NCBI GenBank assembly: GCA_964643995.1
Contig: CAZXUJ010000003.1
Span: forward strand, 349-64,348
Direction: 5' to 3'
Source of the DNA: an uncultured Candidatus Saccharibacteria bacterium
Lineage (GTDB): Bacteria; Patescibacteriota; WWE3; UBA101185; UBA10185
DNA length: 64,000 nt
Shown: positions 1 to 9,484 of the stretch, one piece after another
Layout of the letters: the number at the start of each line of letters is the position of its first letter
Position numbering within the stretch: the first letter of the stretch is position 1
Position numbers and translations under genes: made by a program
The notes under the pieces: model-generated
The model's database searches: none
Told to the model about the DNA's origin: nothing
Seen by the model: the letters and a program-made list of their open reading frames with translations, nothing else

Positions 1-108
1 GACTAATTGATCAAATTTACTCGCAAAAACCCGGACCGTTTTTTTTTGCCTTTTTAACCCCTTTTTGCTAGTATGTAGCCCTATCTTAAATCGTAGAAGG
101 AGAGATCT

Positions 109-600
109 ATGAGTACTGCAGTTTTGGAACGACGTGACGCCCGTAGTGGCGGTTTGAACCTTCGTTGGTACTGGTTACTACTGATTGTTTTAATGTTTAT
201 GGCAATCGCTGATCTAGCGGTGGGTGGCCCACGAAAGACAATCACAGTAGTGGACGACGACCCCGATTTATTATCTGGGGTTGTGGATATCTTGTCAGAG
301 GTGTTTATTCCAGGGGTGGACTTTGATGTGTTTCCCTCCTGTGAAGCTCTTCAGGCGGTTATGTCGGTTGGTATGAGGTATCGGACATATGTAACCGATA
401 CCGATCTCGGTCGTGATAGGATGGATGGGTTTGCGTGCGTAAGCATGATCAAGAGCCTTGATCCATTAGCCGTGGTGGTCGCCGCATCAGCGCGCATGGA
501 TGCCGACCGCATAACACGGTATCGAGCCTTAGGCGTTGATGAAATAATCGAAAAACCCGCAAGTTATATTCGTTGGTTTTTCAACTTCATTGCCCAGTAG
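109..600 (+). CDS. CheY-like receiver (REC) domain protein with N-terminal transmembrane segment
   Basis: Acidic pocket VVDDDPD, phospho-acceptor-like TDTDLGRDRMDGF, conserved VVVAAS and EKP lysine. A hydrophobic N-terminal stretch (WLLLIVLMFMAIADLAV) precedes the REC fold. There is no output domain. Confidence 0.55.
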   Translation: MSTAVLERRDARSGGLNLRWYWLLLIVLMFMAIADLAVGGPRKTITVVDDDPDLLSGVVDILSEVFIPGVDFDVFPSCEALQAVMSVGMRYRTYVTDTDLGRDRMDGFACVSMIKSLDPLAVVVAASARMDADRITRYRALGVDEIIEKPASYIRWFFNFIAQ

Positions 601-614
601 GTTTTGTCCCAAAA

Positions 615-666
615 AAAGCCCTTCGTGGATTACAGACTTATCATCTATACCACCTAGGGCTTTTTT
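615..666 (+). terminator. Possible intrinsic terminator (7-bp stem AAAGCCC/GGGCTTT, long loop, T6 tail)
   Basis: aaagccc ... gggcttttttatt directly after the stop at 600. The loop is unusually long, so this is weak. Confidence 0.3.
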
Positions 667-672
667 ATTCGC

Positions 673-1599
673 ATGAAAACCCCCATAATAACGACAATGG
701 TAGATTTAGTTAAAGATTTCCGACAATCAGATAAGTGGTCGTCTTACCTTGCAACCTTAGGTTGGAACACTCTGACAACCAAAAATGATGTCTTGTTCTA
801 TTACAAGAGCGCTGGTTTGTTAAAGGTTGGTAAGGTTCAGCGACCGTTTTCTCTTACAGCAGATGATCTAGCCGAAATAGAGGCTTTTTGCACTGAAAAG
901 AAGATTCAGGTTTTAAAAATTGAGCCTAGTGATGAGCTTCAAGCCGATCTTTTAACTACATCCGGTTATATCCAAAGTACTTTTAATTTGGCACCCCCCG
1001 CTACTTCTCAAATAGATTTAGTATTGGATGAAGGTGTTTTATGGGAAAATCTCTCCAAAAGTGCTAAATATTCGGTGAATCGTGCACGACGTGAGCAGGC
1101 GCGTGTTGAAATATTTCAGTGCCCCGGTGAAGACGTCTTGAAAGATTTTTATGTACTTGCACAAGAGACTTCAAGGGCTAAGAACTTTCATATTCAAAGC
1201 TTTCATGACTTACTTAATAAGGTGGCGATATTCCAAGATCACTCATTTCTTACCCTTGTTTACGATAAAGATAATAATTTATGCGGTGGTAAATTCTATT
1301 TAGGTTATGGAAACAGGGTTTGGTATTTACATGGAGGTACTAGTCACATTGGTCGTAAGAATAAAACCGGTTACGAGCTTGTGTGGGAATCTTTCTTATA
1401 TTTTAAGCGACTTGGTTATCATATTCTAGACTTTGAGGGAATTATGGACTCAAGATTTAAGTCTACGCAACATTGGGGAGGATTAACTGATTTTAAGGAG
1501 AAGTTTGGTGGCCGTGATATCCGCTATCCATACCCACAGATGAAAGTATTTAATAAATTGCTTGGTTTTATCTCAAAGGTATTTGGGGTTTCATTATAG
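673..1599 (+). CDS. FemAB-family peptidoglycan interpeptide-bridge peptidyltransferase (FemX/MurM-like)
   Basis: 308 aa. The C-terminal half (GGKFYLGYGNRVWYLHGGTSH..RKNKTGYELVWESFLYFKRLGYHILDFEGI) resembles the FemAB acyltransferase fold. Confidence 0.55.
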   Translation: MKTPIITTMVDLVKDFRQSDKWSSYLATLGWNTLTTKNDVLFYYKSAGLLKVGKVQRPFSLTADDLAEIEAFCTEKKIQVLKIEPSDELQADLLTTSGYIQSTFNLAPPATSQIDLVLDEGVLWENLSKSAKYSVNRARREQARVEIFQCPGEDVLKDFYVLAQETSRAKNFHIQSFHDLLNKVAIFQDHSFLTLVYDKDNNLCGGKFYLGYGNRVWYLHGGTSHIGRKNKTGYELVWESFLYFKRLGYHILDFEGIMDSRFKSTQHWGGLTDFKEKFGGRDIRYPYPQMKVFNKLLGFISKVFGVSL

Positions 1600-1601
1600 T
1601 T

Positions 1602-2264
1602 ATGTTTGATTTTTTTAAGCCTAAAGTTCTATTTGATGCTCAATCTCCATATAATGGCCATGTGATGGTAGTAAAGGCTTTTGGTGTCACCAAACTTCTT
1701 TCTGATGGTGTTACCCAGTCCGCCGATTATTCATCATCGTATGCTCGCTCGGGTTATTGGCATAAAGCTGCCGAAATTATTATCAAACTTAAACCCACAG
1801 CGGAGAACGTATTATTTCTTGGTATGGGCAGTGGGACAGCAATACGCTATATTTCTGAATCTTTACCCCGAGCACATCTAGTGGCGGTGGAGATTGATCC
1901 AATAATGATCGACGTTGCCAAAAGGTTTTTTAGCTTTTCCGAGATTCCAAATCTAAAGTTGATTACGGCGGATGCTTTTGAATATATTAAAACTTCACCA
2001 CGTTTCGATGTTCTTTTTGTTGATTTGTTTAGAGGGGGTTTTTTTGTCCCCGTTGCTGATTTCGCGACTTTTTTCAAGCAGCTGCATGCCATAACTAAGC
2101 CGAAAGGTTTAGTAGTCTTTAACTATACTTTCAAAAAAGTTGAAGCAGGGGTTAAAATAGCAGAGTTTACTTCGCGCATGTCGGATTTTTTTAACAGCGT
2201 AGCTTATGAGGTTGTACCCGGTTCAGCGGAAACTTCTAACTATTTGATTTATGGTTGTAATTGA
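1602..2264 (+). CDS. Spermidine-synthase-like class I SAM-dependent methyltransferase/aminopropyltransferase
   Basis: LFLGMGSGT glycine-rich SAM loop, followed by VAVEIDP and FVDLF motifs typical of the PABS/spermidine synthase fold. Confidence 0.55.
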   Translation: MFDFFKPKVLFDAQSPYNGHVMVVKAFGVTKLLSDGVTQSADYSSSYARSGYWHKAAEIIIKLKPTAENVLFLGMGSGTAIRYISESLPRAHLVAVEIDPIMIDVAKRFFSFSEIPNLKLITADAFEYIKTSPRFDVLFVDLFRGGFFVPVADFATFFKQLHAITKPKGLVVFNYTFKKVEAGVKIAEFTSRMSDFFNSVAYEVVPGSAETSNYLIYGCN

Positions 2265-2413
2265 GCCTTTTGTTCGATATAATGCCTTCGCCCTAATAAT
2301 TGAGTCGAAATGTTCAAAGCTTTGTTTTTCGACACAATAGTAAATATTTAAGCAAAGCACAATTTAATTTTTATATGTCAAAAGCTCGTAGAATCCACAA
2401 AGAAGATTCAAAA

Positions 2414-3484
2414 ATGGCTAAACTGTTAGCCGATCATAAAGTAGATATTAGACAGTTTGAGTTTGGTGAATTAATCGAAGGTACAGTTATTGCTGTTACT
2501 TCAGGTGAAATCTTGTTAGACGTTGGTGCTAAATCTGAGGGAATAATTTCAGGTGAGGAGCTAGTAGACTCAGACAAATCTCATAAGAACCTCAAACCAG
2601 GCGATAAAGTTATGGCAATGGTTGTTCAGCCCGAAAACCATCAAGGCTATATAGTTTTATCACTCAAACGCGCGGAAAAAGATAAAAAATGGCAAACAAT
2701 TGAAGATGCATTTGAATTTGGTACAACTCTAGAGGTTGAAGTATTGGAATACACCAAAGGTGGTCTGTTGGTCGATTGTATGGGATTAAGAGGTTTCGTA
2801 CCCCTGTCTCATTTGGATCGTGTGCATTTTACTGATGATTTAGCGAAAACTGCAGCAGGTAATGAGACTGAGCTTAAAGAAACCTTGAAAGTACTTGCTG
2901 GCAAAAATCTAAAGGTAAAAGTAATTGAGTTTGATCGTGAGAAAAACCGATTAGTTCTATCTGAAAAAGACGCTAACGTTGCCTATAGTGATGAAGTACG
3001 TCAGGAAAGACTCGGTAACATCACCTCAGGTGATGTGCTAACTGGTGTTGTAACCGGAACTATGCCTTTTGGATTGTTTGTAGATCTTGATGGTATCGAG
3101 GGCTTGGTACATATTAGCGAAATAGCATGGGAAAAAGTAAGCAATCCAGGCGATTATTACAGTGTTGGGTCTCCAATAACTGTAAAAGTCCTAGGGATTG
3201 ATGAGGGTTCTCAAAAACTAGCTCTTAGTGTGAAGCAACTTATTCAGAATCCTTGGGATGGTGTTGAATCACGATATCCTGAAGGAGCTGTTGTTAAGGG
3301 TGTAGTCAGCAAAATTGTGCCTTTTGGTGCATTTGTGAACCTAGAAAAAGGTCTTGATGGCTTAATTCACGTTTCCGAAGCTGAGGGTCCTTTAAAGGTT
3401 GGCGATGAGGTTACAGCTGTAGTTACTAATGTTGATGGTTCTAAGCAAAAATTGGCATTAAGTACTAAAAGACTCGCCGAGTAA
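2414..3484 (+). CDS. rpsA: 30S ribosomal protein S1 (short multi-S1-domain form)
   Basis: Repeated S1 OB-fold motifs (GxVxG..GLFVDL, GLVHISE). The ORF is open from 2300, but MAKLLADHK at 2414 looks like the natural S1 N-terminus. Confidence 0.75.
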   Translation: MAKLLADHKVDIRQFEFGELIEGTVIAVTSGEILLDVGAKSEGIISGEELVDSDKSHKNLKPGDKVMAMVVQPENHQGYIVLSLKRAEKDKKWQTIEDAFEFGTTLEVEVLEYTKGGLLVDCMGLRGFVPLSHLDRVHFTDDLAKTAAGNETELKETLKVLAGKNLKVKVIEFDREKNRLVLSEKDANVAYSDEVRQERLGNITSGDVLTGVVTGTMPFGLFVDLDGIEGLVHISEIAWEKVSNPGDYYSVGSPITVKVLGIDEGSQKLALSVKQLIQNPWDGVESRYPEGAVVKGVVSKIVPFGAFVNLEKGLDGLIHVSEAEGPLKVGDEVTAVVTNVDGSKQKLALSTKRLAE

Positions 3485-3495
3485 CTAAAGCAAAT

Positions 3496-5808
3496 ATGTC
3501 TCTTAATAAGCTTACACAACGTGCTCGCGCCGTTCTTCAAGAATTGGCCGCACTCAATCAAGGTACCAACTCGCTTCCTGTTAAGTGTAGTGATATTGTT
3601 GCCTATATAACTGATGCATCAGGTTTAGGTGCGGTTTTAATTCAGAATTTTCCACGACTTAAAATTAATCGTAAAGCCGAGCTTGATTTAAACCAGTTGG
3701 TAACCGAGGCATACCACCAAGCTTCAAAAATGGATCATTCGTACGTTGGTACTGAACACTTCTTTCTTGCATTACTTAAGCTAACCAGCTCTCCAGACTT
3801 TGAAAAAGTAAAAAAACACCTTTTGGGGTTAAATATTTTTCCTCGTGCCCTTAGCTTCATAAATGAGCGTAAAGATAACGTAATCCTTAGCACCTACAGC
3901 CAAAACCTAAACAAACAAATGTTACGTAGCGCAAGTGATCCTTTAGTGATGCGCACAGAACTCGATAAATTAACCTCAATACTATTAAAGAAGGATAATG
4001 CTAACGTTTTGTTAGTAGGTGAACCGGGTGTTGGTAAAACCTCATTAATTAATTTGTTAGTTAGTAGTATAAACAACCTTGATATACCGGCCCTGCTAGC
4101 AGGTTATTCAGTAGTTGAGTTTGATTTAATGAGCTATTTAACTGGAATAGCTAACAAAGGCAGCATTGATCAAAGCCTTTTATTCCTGCAAGAGGAGCTA
4201 AAAGGATTAAAAAGAACTATCCTGGTACTCAAGAATTTCCAGAACTTATTTATCTCTACAAACTCAGGTGTTGGGGTTCCGATACTTCTGCCAATCTTCA
4301 AGGATATACTTGAAACAACGGACATAAACTTCATTGCATCTGTTAACACGGCTGTATATGAAAAAATAATGATGGATAATTCTCACATGCTTGATACTTT
4401 TACAGTTTTGGAAATCCCGGAACCCCCAGAAAAAGAAGTTAAAGACATGCTGCGTATCAAAGCCAAATCATTAGGGGAGTTCCACAACATAAACGTTTCA
4501 GATAACGTGATTGACCATATTTATAAAACAGCAAAAAGTAATGAAATGAATACCCATTTTCCTCGCAAAGCAATTGAACTGCTGGATTTAGCATGCGCGC
4601 ACTTATTAGTTAAAAAAAACCGCGTACCTAAAGATTACAAAAGCATGGTAGATAAAACAGTAGTAATAATGGACAAAATAGACAAAAACATAGACAAGGG
4701 AGCATATGAAAGTGCCATTAGGTTGCAAACTAAACTTAACGATTTGGAGACAACTCTCACTGCATTTGAAGACAACATGGTTTATGCCGAGCCCATCAAA
4801 CTAAGCAAAAAAGATGTAAACACAGCTCTAGAAAGCATGAACTTTACTTTGGTAGATGAACCTATTGATAGCAAATATCTCAGCAACCTTGCTACCAAAA
4901 TGAAAGAAAAGATTATTGGCCAGAACTTTGCAGTGGATAGTGTTGTTAAGGCGCTAATTCGGTCAAGACTTGGCTTACGTGCCAAAAATCGACCAATTGG
5001 TAGTTTTTTGTTTTTGGGCCCAACCGGAGTAGGTAAGACCGAATTAGCTAAAGTCTTAGCCTCCTTAGCCTTTGGTCAAGTAAAAGACAATCATCTTATA
5101 CGTCTTGATATGAGCGATTTCAGCGAAAAACACACTGTAGCCAGACTAATTGGCTCGCCACCAGGATATGTTGGTTATAACGAAGGAGGCGAGCTCACCT
5201 CCAAAATAGCACTTCAACCAGAAAGTGTGGTTTTATTCGATGAAATTGAAAAAGCCCACCCTGACGTTTTAAATATACTTTTGCAAATAACCGAAGAGGG
5301 AGAACTTGCCGATGCAAAAGGCAATACTTTCGACTTTTCAAAAGCAATTATTGTACTAACCAGCAACTTGGGTACCGAAATACTTCACAACAAAGAAATA
5401 GGCTTTAAAGAAAATATTAAAATTGCCGATGATGCTGTGGTAGAAAAGCACCTAAAGGAAAATTTGAAGAAAATCTTGAGACCGGAGTTGTTGAATCGCT
5501 TTGACGAAGTAGTAGTCTTTAGAAGACTAACCAAAGACGACCAAATGGAGGTACTCGAACTCTTCATTAGTGAGGTAGATAAAAGGCTTAAAGAGCAAGA
5601 CGTATACCTAAAAGTTAACTTAAAAACCAAAGAATATCTACTTAAAGTGGGATATTCTCAGGAATATGGCGCTAGATCATTGCGTCGAACCGTAGAAAAG
5701 GAGTTGCTGGATAAAATAGCCGAAATACTACTAAAACATAAATCTCGACCTTTATTACTAAAAGCTTCTACAGTAGGGAATAAGCTAACTGTTAGTACCA
5801 AAAAATAG
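3496..5808 (+). CDS. clpC: ATP-dependent Clp protease ATP-binding subunit ClpC-like (Clp_N domain, two AAA+ modules, IGF loop)
   Basis: Clp N-terminal repeat. Walker A GEPGVGKTS (D1) and GPTGVGKTELAK (D2). D2 Walker B is VVLFDEIEKAH and the sensor is GARSLRR. A ClpP-docking IGF tripeptide is present (KEIGFKEN). D1 Walker B looks degenerate (ILVLKNF rather than hhhhDE). Confidence 0.8.
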   Translation: MSLNKLTQRARAVLQELAALNQGTNSLPVKCSDIVAYITDASGLGAVLIQNFPRLKINRKAELDLNQLVTEAYHQASKMDHSYVGTEHFFLALLKLTSSPDFEKVKKHLLGLNIFPRALSFINERKDNVILSTYSQNLNKQMLRSASDPLVMRTELDKLTSILLKKDNANVLLVGEPGVGKTSLINLLVSSINNLDIPALLAGYSVVEFDLMSYLTGIANKGSIDQSLLFLQEELKGLKRTILVLKNFQNLFISTNSGVGVPILLPIFKDILETTDINFIASVNTAVYEKIMMDNSHMLDTFTVLEIPEPPEKEVKDMLRIKAKSLGEFHNINVSDNVIDHIYKTAKSNEMNTHFPRKAIELLDLACAHLLVKKNRVPKDYKSMVDKTVVIMDKIDKNIDKGAYESAIRLQTKLNDLETTLTAFEDNMVYAEPIKLSKKDVNTALESMNFTLVDEPIDSKYLSNLATKMKEKIIGQNFAVDSVVKALIRSRLGLRAKNRPIGSFLFLGPTGVGKTELAKVLASLAFGQVKDNHLIRLDMSDFSEKHTVARLIGSPPGYVGYNEGGELTSKIALQPESVVLFDEIEKAHPDVLNILLQITEEGELADAKGNTFDFSKAIIVLTSNLGTEILHNKEIGFKENIKIADDAVVEKHLKENLKKILRPELLNRFDEVVVFRRLTKDDQMEVLELFISEVDKRLKEQDVYLKVNLKTKEYLLKVGYSQEYGARSLRRTVEKELLDKIAEILLKHKSRPLLLKASTVGNKLTVSTKK

Positions 5809-5912
5809 GTAATCCCCAACTTGACTAATACCCTATAGTGTAGTATACTCACTGTCAGCTTATAAACCATGCCCAAAGGGGCAAAAAAACAATAGACAAG
5901 GAGATTTTTGAC

Positions 5913-6077
5913 ATGGCATCCACGAAAGTTTTAGTGCAGACTACTGCTAAATCGACGGTAACTGTAACGGTGACTGTACCGGACAAGGTCAATGTAACGG
6001 TAACTGTAACGGTGACTGTACCGGACAAGGTCAATGTGAAGATGAAGCTGGACGATAGTTGGCTGGATACGCTGTGA
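5913..6077 (+). CDS. Small 54-aa protein with an internal perfect tandem repeat (TVTVTVPDKVNV x2)
   Basis: Strong RBS AAGGAGA 7 nt upstream of the ATG. A TTGACT-17-TATACT promoter-like pair lies about 90 nt upstream. It is below the ORF-track size cut-off, and the alternating T/V pattern predicts beta-strand. Confidence 0.4.
   Translation: MASTKVLVQTTAKSTVTVTVTVPDKVNVTVTVTVTVPDKVNVKMKLDDSWLDTL
5951..6034 (+). repeat. Perfect 2 x 42-bp direct tandem repeat (unit ACGGTAACTGTAACGGTGACTGTACCGGACAAGGTCAATGT)
   Basis: Read directly. The two units are identical except for the first base (G vs A) and lie in frame within the mini-ORF. Confidence 0.9.
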
Positions 6078-6093
6078 AACTTCCTTCGATCTG

Positions 6094-6176
6094 TGATGTG
6101 ACGAACGTATCTTAAAATTAGTTTCTTTAGCCTAACAAGCTTGCTGAAACCAAATAACTAAGAGCGTTCGTCACAT
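6094..6176 (+). promoter_or_regulatory. 13-bp perfect inverted repeat (GATGTGACGAACG / CGTTCGTCACATC) with ~57-nt loop between the mini-ORF and radA
   Basis: Read directly. It could be a terminator or processing hairpin for the mini-ORF, or an operator in the radA leader. Confidence 0.4.
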
Positions 6177-6267
6177 CCAAACCAAAACTTTTAAATTCCT
6201 CTTTTCCCTAGAAAATTCATACAAAACACTCACCTAGAAGTTGCCTGTTTAATGCTAGAATGGGGTA

Positions 6268-7596
6268 ATGGCAAAAAGTCGTTCGCTATATATTTGTCAA
6301 AGTTGCGCTGCTGAAAGCCCTAGATGGTCTGGTCAGTGTGCCAGTTGTGGTGCATGGAACACTCTTGTAGAAACTGTGGTACAAAGTAGTTCGAAGTCGG
6401 GTAAAACAGCCTCTTCACAAGCTTCATCGAAAGCGATATATCTATCTGAAGTTACTTCAAAGCAAACTCAACGAGTTTCATCAGGCATTGGCGAATTCGA
6501 TAGAGTGTTAGGCGGCGGTTTTGTACCCGGTCAGGTTTGTCTTTTGGCAGGCGAGCCAGGTATTGGTAAGAGTACTTTATTAACTCAACTAGCTAAAAGT
6601 TTCAAAAATTTAGAAAAAGTTGTTGCTTACGTTGGCGGAGAAGAGAGTCCTCAGCAAATAAAGTTACGAGCCGAAAGAATGGGATATCACCCTGACAATT
6701 TACTAGTTATACCTGAGATCAATTTGGAGGTTATACTAGCGACACTAGAAAGCTCCGCACAAAGTGAAAATATAAGTTTAATCATTGTTGATTCAGTGCA
6801 AACCCTGAATAGTGATTCATTAACAGGTGTAGCAGGTTCTGTTGGGCAGGTTCGGCAATGTGCTCAAGAGCTTACAACCTTAGCTAAGCGTCTTCATATT
6901 CCTGTTATTTTGGTAGGCCACGTTACTAAAGAGGGTACAGTTGCTGGTCCTAAAGTGTTGGAGCACATAGTAGATACTGTTTTGTATCTAGAAGGCGACA
7001 CTCAACACTTATATAGACTATTAAAAACAGCAAAAAACCGTTTTGGGGCCGTATCGGAAGTAGGTATGTTTGAAATGCAGGGGAATGGTCTTGTAGAGGT
7101 CACTAATCCCTCAGACATATTTTTAAGTGGCAAGGATCATGATGTGCCTGGTACTTGTGTGACGGTTGTTATGGAAGGCTACAGACCCATTTTGTTTGAG
7201 GTTCAAGCCCTAACCGTAAAAACCGCATTCGGATACCCGAGACGTACTACAAGTGGTATAAATGCTAACAGGTTACAGGTTTTGATAGCCACCTTAGAAA
7301 AACGAGCTAATTTGAACCTTTCAAATCATGATGTTTATGTTAATGTAGTTGGTGGATTCAAAGTAAGCGACTACGCAATCGACCTTGCTGTTTGTTTGGC
7401 TATTGCATCATCTCTTCGCGATAAACCTATAAAGCCTGGGGTTGCTGCAATAGGAGAATGTGGCTTATTAGGCGAAATCAGACAAGTATCTAACCTAGAC
7501 TCAAGAATAAAAGAAGCTAAAAAACTTGGTTTTTCCAACGTTTTAAGCCCAAAAAATGCCCGTTACTTAAGTGAGGCTATCCAAAAAGCCCTCTAA
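6268..7596 (+). CDS. radA: DNA repair protein RadA/Sms
   Basis: N-terminal C4 zinc finger (CQSCAAESPRWSGQCASCGAWNT), RecA-like Walker A GEPGIGKSTLL, KNRFG motif, and a Lon-protease-like C-terminal domain. Confidence 0.9.
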   Translation: MAKSRSLYICQSCAAESPRWSGQCASCGAWNTLVETVVQSSSKSGKTASSQASSKAIYLSEVTSKQTQRVSSGIGEFDRVLGGGFVPGQVCLLAGEPGIGKSTLLTQLAKSFKNLEKVVAYVGGEESPQQIKLRAERMGYHPDNLLVIPEINLEVILATLESSAQSENISLIIVDSVQTLNSDSLTGVAGSVGQVRQCAQELTTLAKRLHIPVILVGHVTKEGTVAGPKVLEHIVDTVLYLEGDTQHLYRLLKTAKNRFGAVSEVGMFEMQGNGLVEVTNPSDIFLSGKDHDVPGTCVTVVMEGYRPILFEVQALTVKTAFGYPRRTTSGINANRLQVLIATLEKRANLNLSNHDVYVNVVGGFKVSDYAIDLAVCLAIASSLRDKPIKPGVAAIGECGLLGEIRQVSNLDSRIKEAKKLGFSNVLSPKNARYLSEAIQKAL

Positions 7597-7602
7597 TTTG
7601 CA

Positions 7603-8538
7603 ATGCAGTTTAGACGTGAAGAAGTTAATTTAATAGTCAAAATCGTACTTGGTGCGCTTTTTTTTATACTTGGCTTTACTTATTCCAACACTTCTTATTT
7701 TCAAGAATTTCCTCTTTTTGGAGTACCTTTTTTGGCAGAGTTTTTATTAGCTACAATGACAGGTTTGTTTGGTTTTTATCTTTTACCTCAGTACTTTTTG
7801 AAAATAAAATACTGGGTTGAAGAGCTTATTGTTAACACCACATACAATATGGCCAGTGATTTTTGGAATCAGTACACGTCGCGTATGGAGGCTTCCCGAA
7901 AGCTTCGCGAAAAAGAGCGTAAAAAGCGAGACAAAAAGGACATAAAGGATCGAGTTAAGGACGGTATTCTGCTAGATACCTCCATGTTGATTGACGGTAG
8001 GGTATTGGAAATCGCCAAAACAGGGTTTTTAATCAATAACCTAATAATACCTAAATTTGTTGTTAACGAACTTCATTTGCTTGCGGATAACAAAGATGAC
8101 ATAAAGCGCAAAAAAGGTCGCCGTGGCTTGGACATGATAAATGAACTTAAAAAACATGCTAAGGTCATTATAGTGGGGGAAAGCACTCACTCCGAGGTTG
8201 ACAAAGCCTTGGTAGCTATAGCAAAAGAAAATAAATTACGACTCATGACACTTGATTTTAACCTAAATAAAGTCGCAAAGGTTTCAGGTGTTGACGTATT
8301 AAACATTAATGACCTTGGAGAAGCCCTCAAACCAGCCTATGTGCCGGGGGATACCCTCAACATTAAAATCGTACAAAAAGGTAAAGAAAAAGGACAAGGG
8401 TTAGGTTACCTACCAGATGGAACAATGATAGTAGTATCTGAAGGAGAAAACCTAGTAGAAGAAAACGTTGACGTTGTAGTGGCTAAGCTTATTCAGACTA
8501 CAGCCGGAAAAATGGTTTTCACTGAACTTTTGAAATAA
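7603..8538 (+). CDS. YacL-like membrane protein with PIN and C-terminal TRAM domains
   Basis: N-terminal transmembrane segment, PIN signature ILLDTSMLIDGR, and a TRAM-like C-terminus. It sits after radA as yacL does in Firmicutes. Confidence 0.65.
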   Translation: MQFRREEVNLIVKIVLGALFFILGFTYSNTSYFQEFPLFGVPFLAEFLLATMTGLFGFYLLPQYFLKIKYWVEELIVNTTYNMASDFWNQYTSRMEASRKLREKERKKRDKKDIKDRVKDGILLDTSMLIDGRVLEIAKTGFLINNLIIPKFVVNELHLLADNKDDIKRKKGRRGLDMINELKKHAKVIIVGESTHSEVDKALVAIAKENKLRLMTLDFNLNKVAKVSGVDVLNINDLGEALKPAYVPGDTLNIKIVQKGKEKGQGLGYLPDGTMIVVSEGENLVEENVDVVVAKLIQTTAGKMVFTELLK

Positions 8539-8573
8539 CCTCGTATAGTAGTTTTACAAAAATAACGAAAAAA

Positions 8574-8626
8574 AACACTCCATAAGGAGCGACTAAAGAA
8601 GCGACAACCACAGAGTGTTTTTTTTA
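8574..8626 (+). terminator. Possible intrinsic terminator after the yacL-like gene (AACACTC..GAGTGTT stem followed by T9)
   Basis: aacactc...gagtgttttttttt. The loop is long (~32 nt). Confidence 0.4.
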
Positions 8627-9103
8627 CGAACATTAGCTAAAAGACAAAGCTTTCAGCGAATAATGCCATGCTTCAGGACAGGTGAAGCAGGAATTAAATA
8701 CATAGTATCGAGGCAATCATTACATAACAAGCGATGAGGATTAGAATGGGAGTAGTTACAAGTTGTTTTCATGGTAAAAAAAACATTTGAAACTAATCTA
8801 GATTTTAGTGATTATAGGTTATATATATTTGAAAAAGTGTGTTTTGTCCTATGGTGACAGCAAAAGGTGACAAGACCATGAAATATCTAATGGAGGTTAG
8901 AGCGTTGCTTATTACATTGAAATTGTGGCAAGGCCTGGTTTCTGAGCAACTAGACCCTACGTAAAAAGTCAGGTCCAATACGTGCGGAGATTATTAGATT
9001 TAGTATATACAACGACGTCGTTAAACATTTCATAATTATTTAATCTTTTGAGAAATTTAAAAGAAGTAAACGAGGGGAAAATCAGCTAAAGTATTCAATG
9101 TAT

Positions 9104-9484
9104 TTATATCTTGCGGCGCCAAGGCGGTGTCTTTGGATCACTCTTGTATTGGTCTGCTCTATCTAGAGCGTCTTGCACTCTGTCAGTGTTGTCCATATTA
9201 AGCTCGCTACGAAGGACAAATTGACTGAGTTCCATGCCCAGATAGTCATATAGCTTGTCGAACTTCTTGTTGAGAGTATTGTTTATCTCAATGCGAAATT
9301 CGTGCAACATACCTTCCATAAAGCCCTTCAAATGCTCAGTGTTTTCCTTAATTCGTACTACAATTTTTTCATCATTTATTCTTTCAGACGCAGTTATTCG
9401 CTCATCCATTTCAGCTCTAAAAGCCTGAAACTCTTCCTTTAACAAAGCTTTTAAATTCTCTAAAGTTACCTCGGAATTTTTCAT
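9104..9484 (-). CDS. Hypothetical protein (charged, predicted helical/coiled-coil)
   Basis: 126-aa ORF with no recognisable motif. It has its own upstream intergenic region. Confidence 0.4.
   Translation of the reverse strand: MKNSEVTLENLKALLKEEFQAFRAEMDERITASERINDEKIVVRIKENTEHLKGFMEGMLHEFRIEINNTLNKKFDKLYDYLGMELSQFVLRSELNMDNTDRVQDALDRADQYKSDPKTPPWRRKI

Noticed and set aside
1681-2092. ORFs 1681-1881(+) and 1847-2092(-) nested in the methyltransferase gene
   Set aside because: They overlap a well-supported longer CDS in another frame and have no independent signals.
5951-6034. Possible CRISPR array (identical direct repeats)
   Set aside because: There are only two adjacent 42-bp copies with no spacers. 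They lie in frame inside a mini-ORF. This is a tandem duplication, not a repeat-spacer array.
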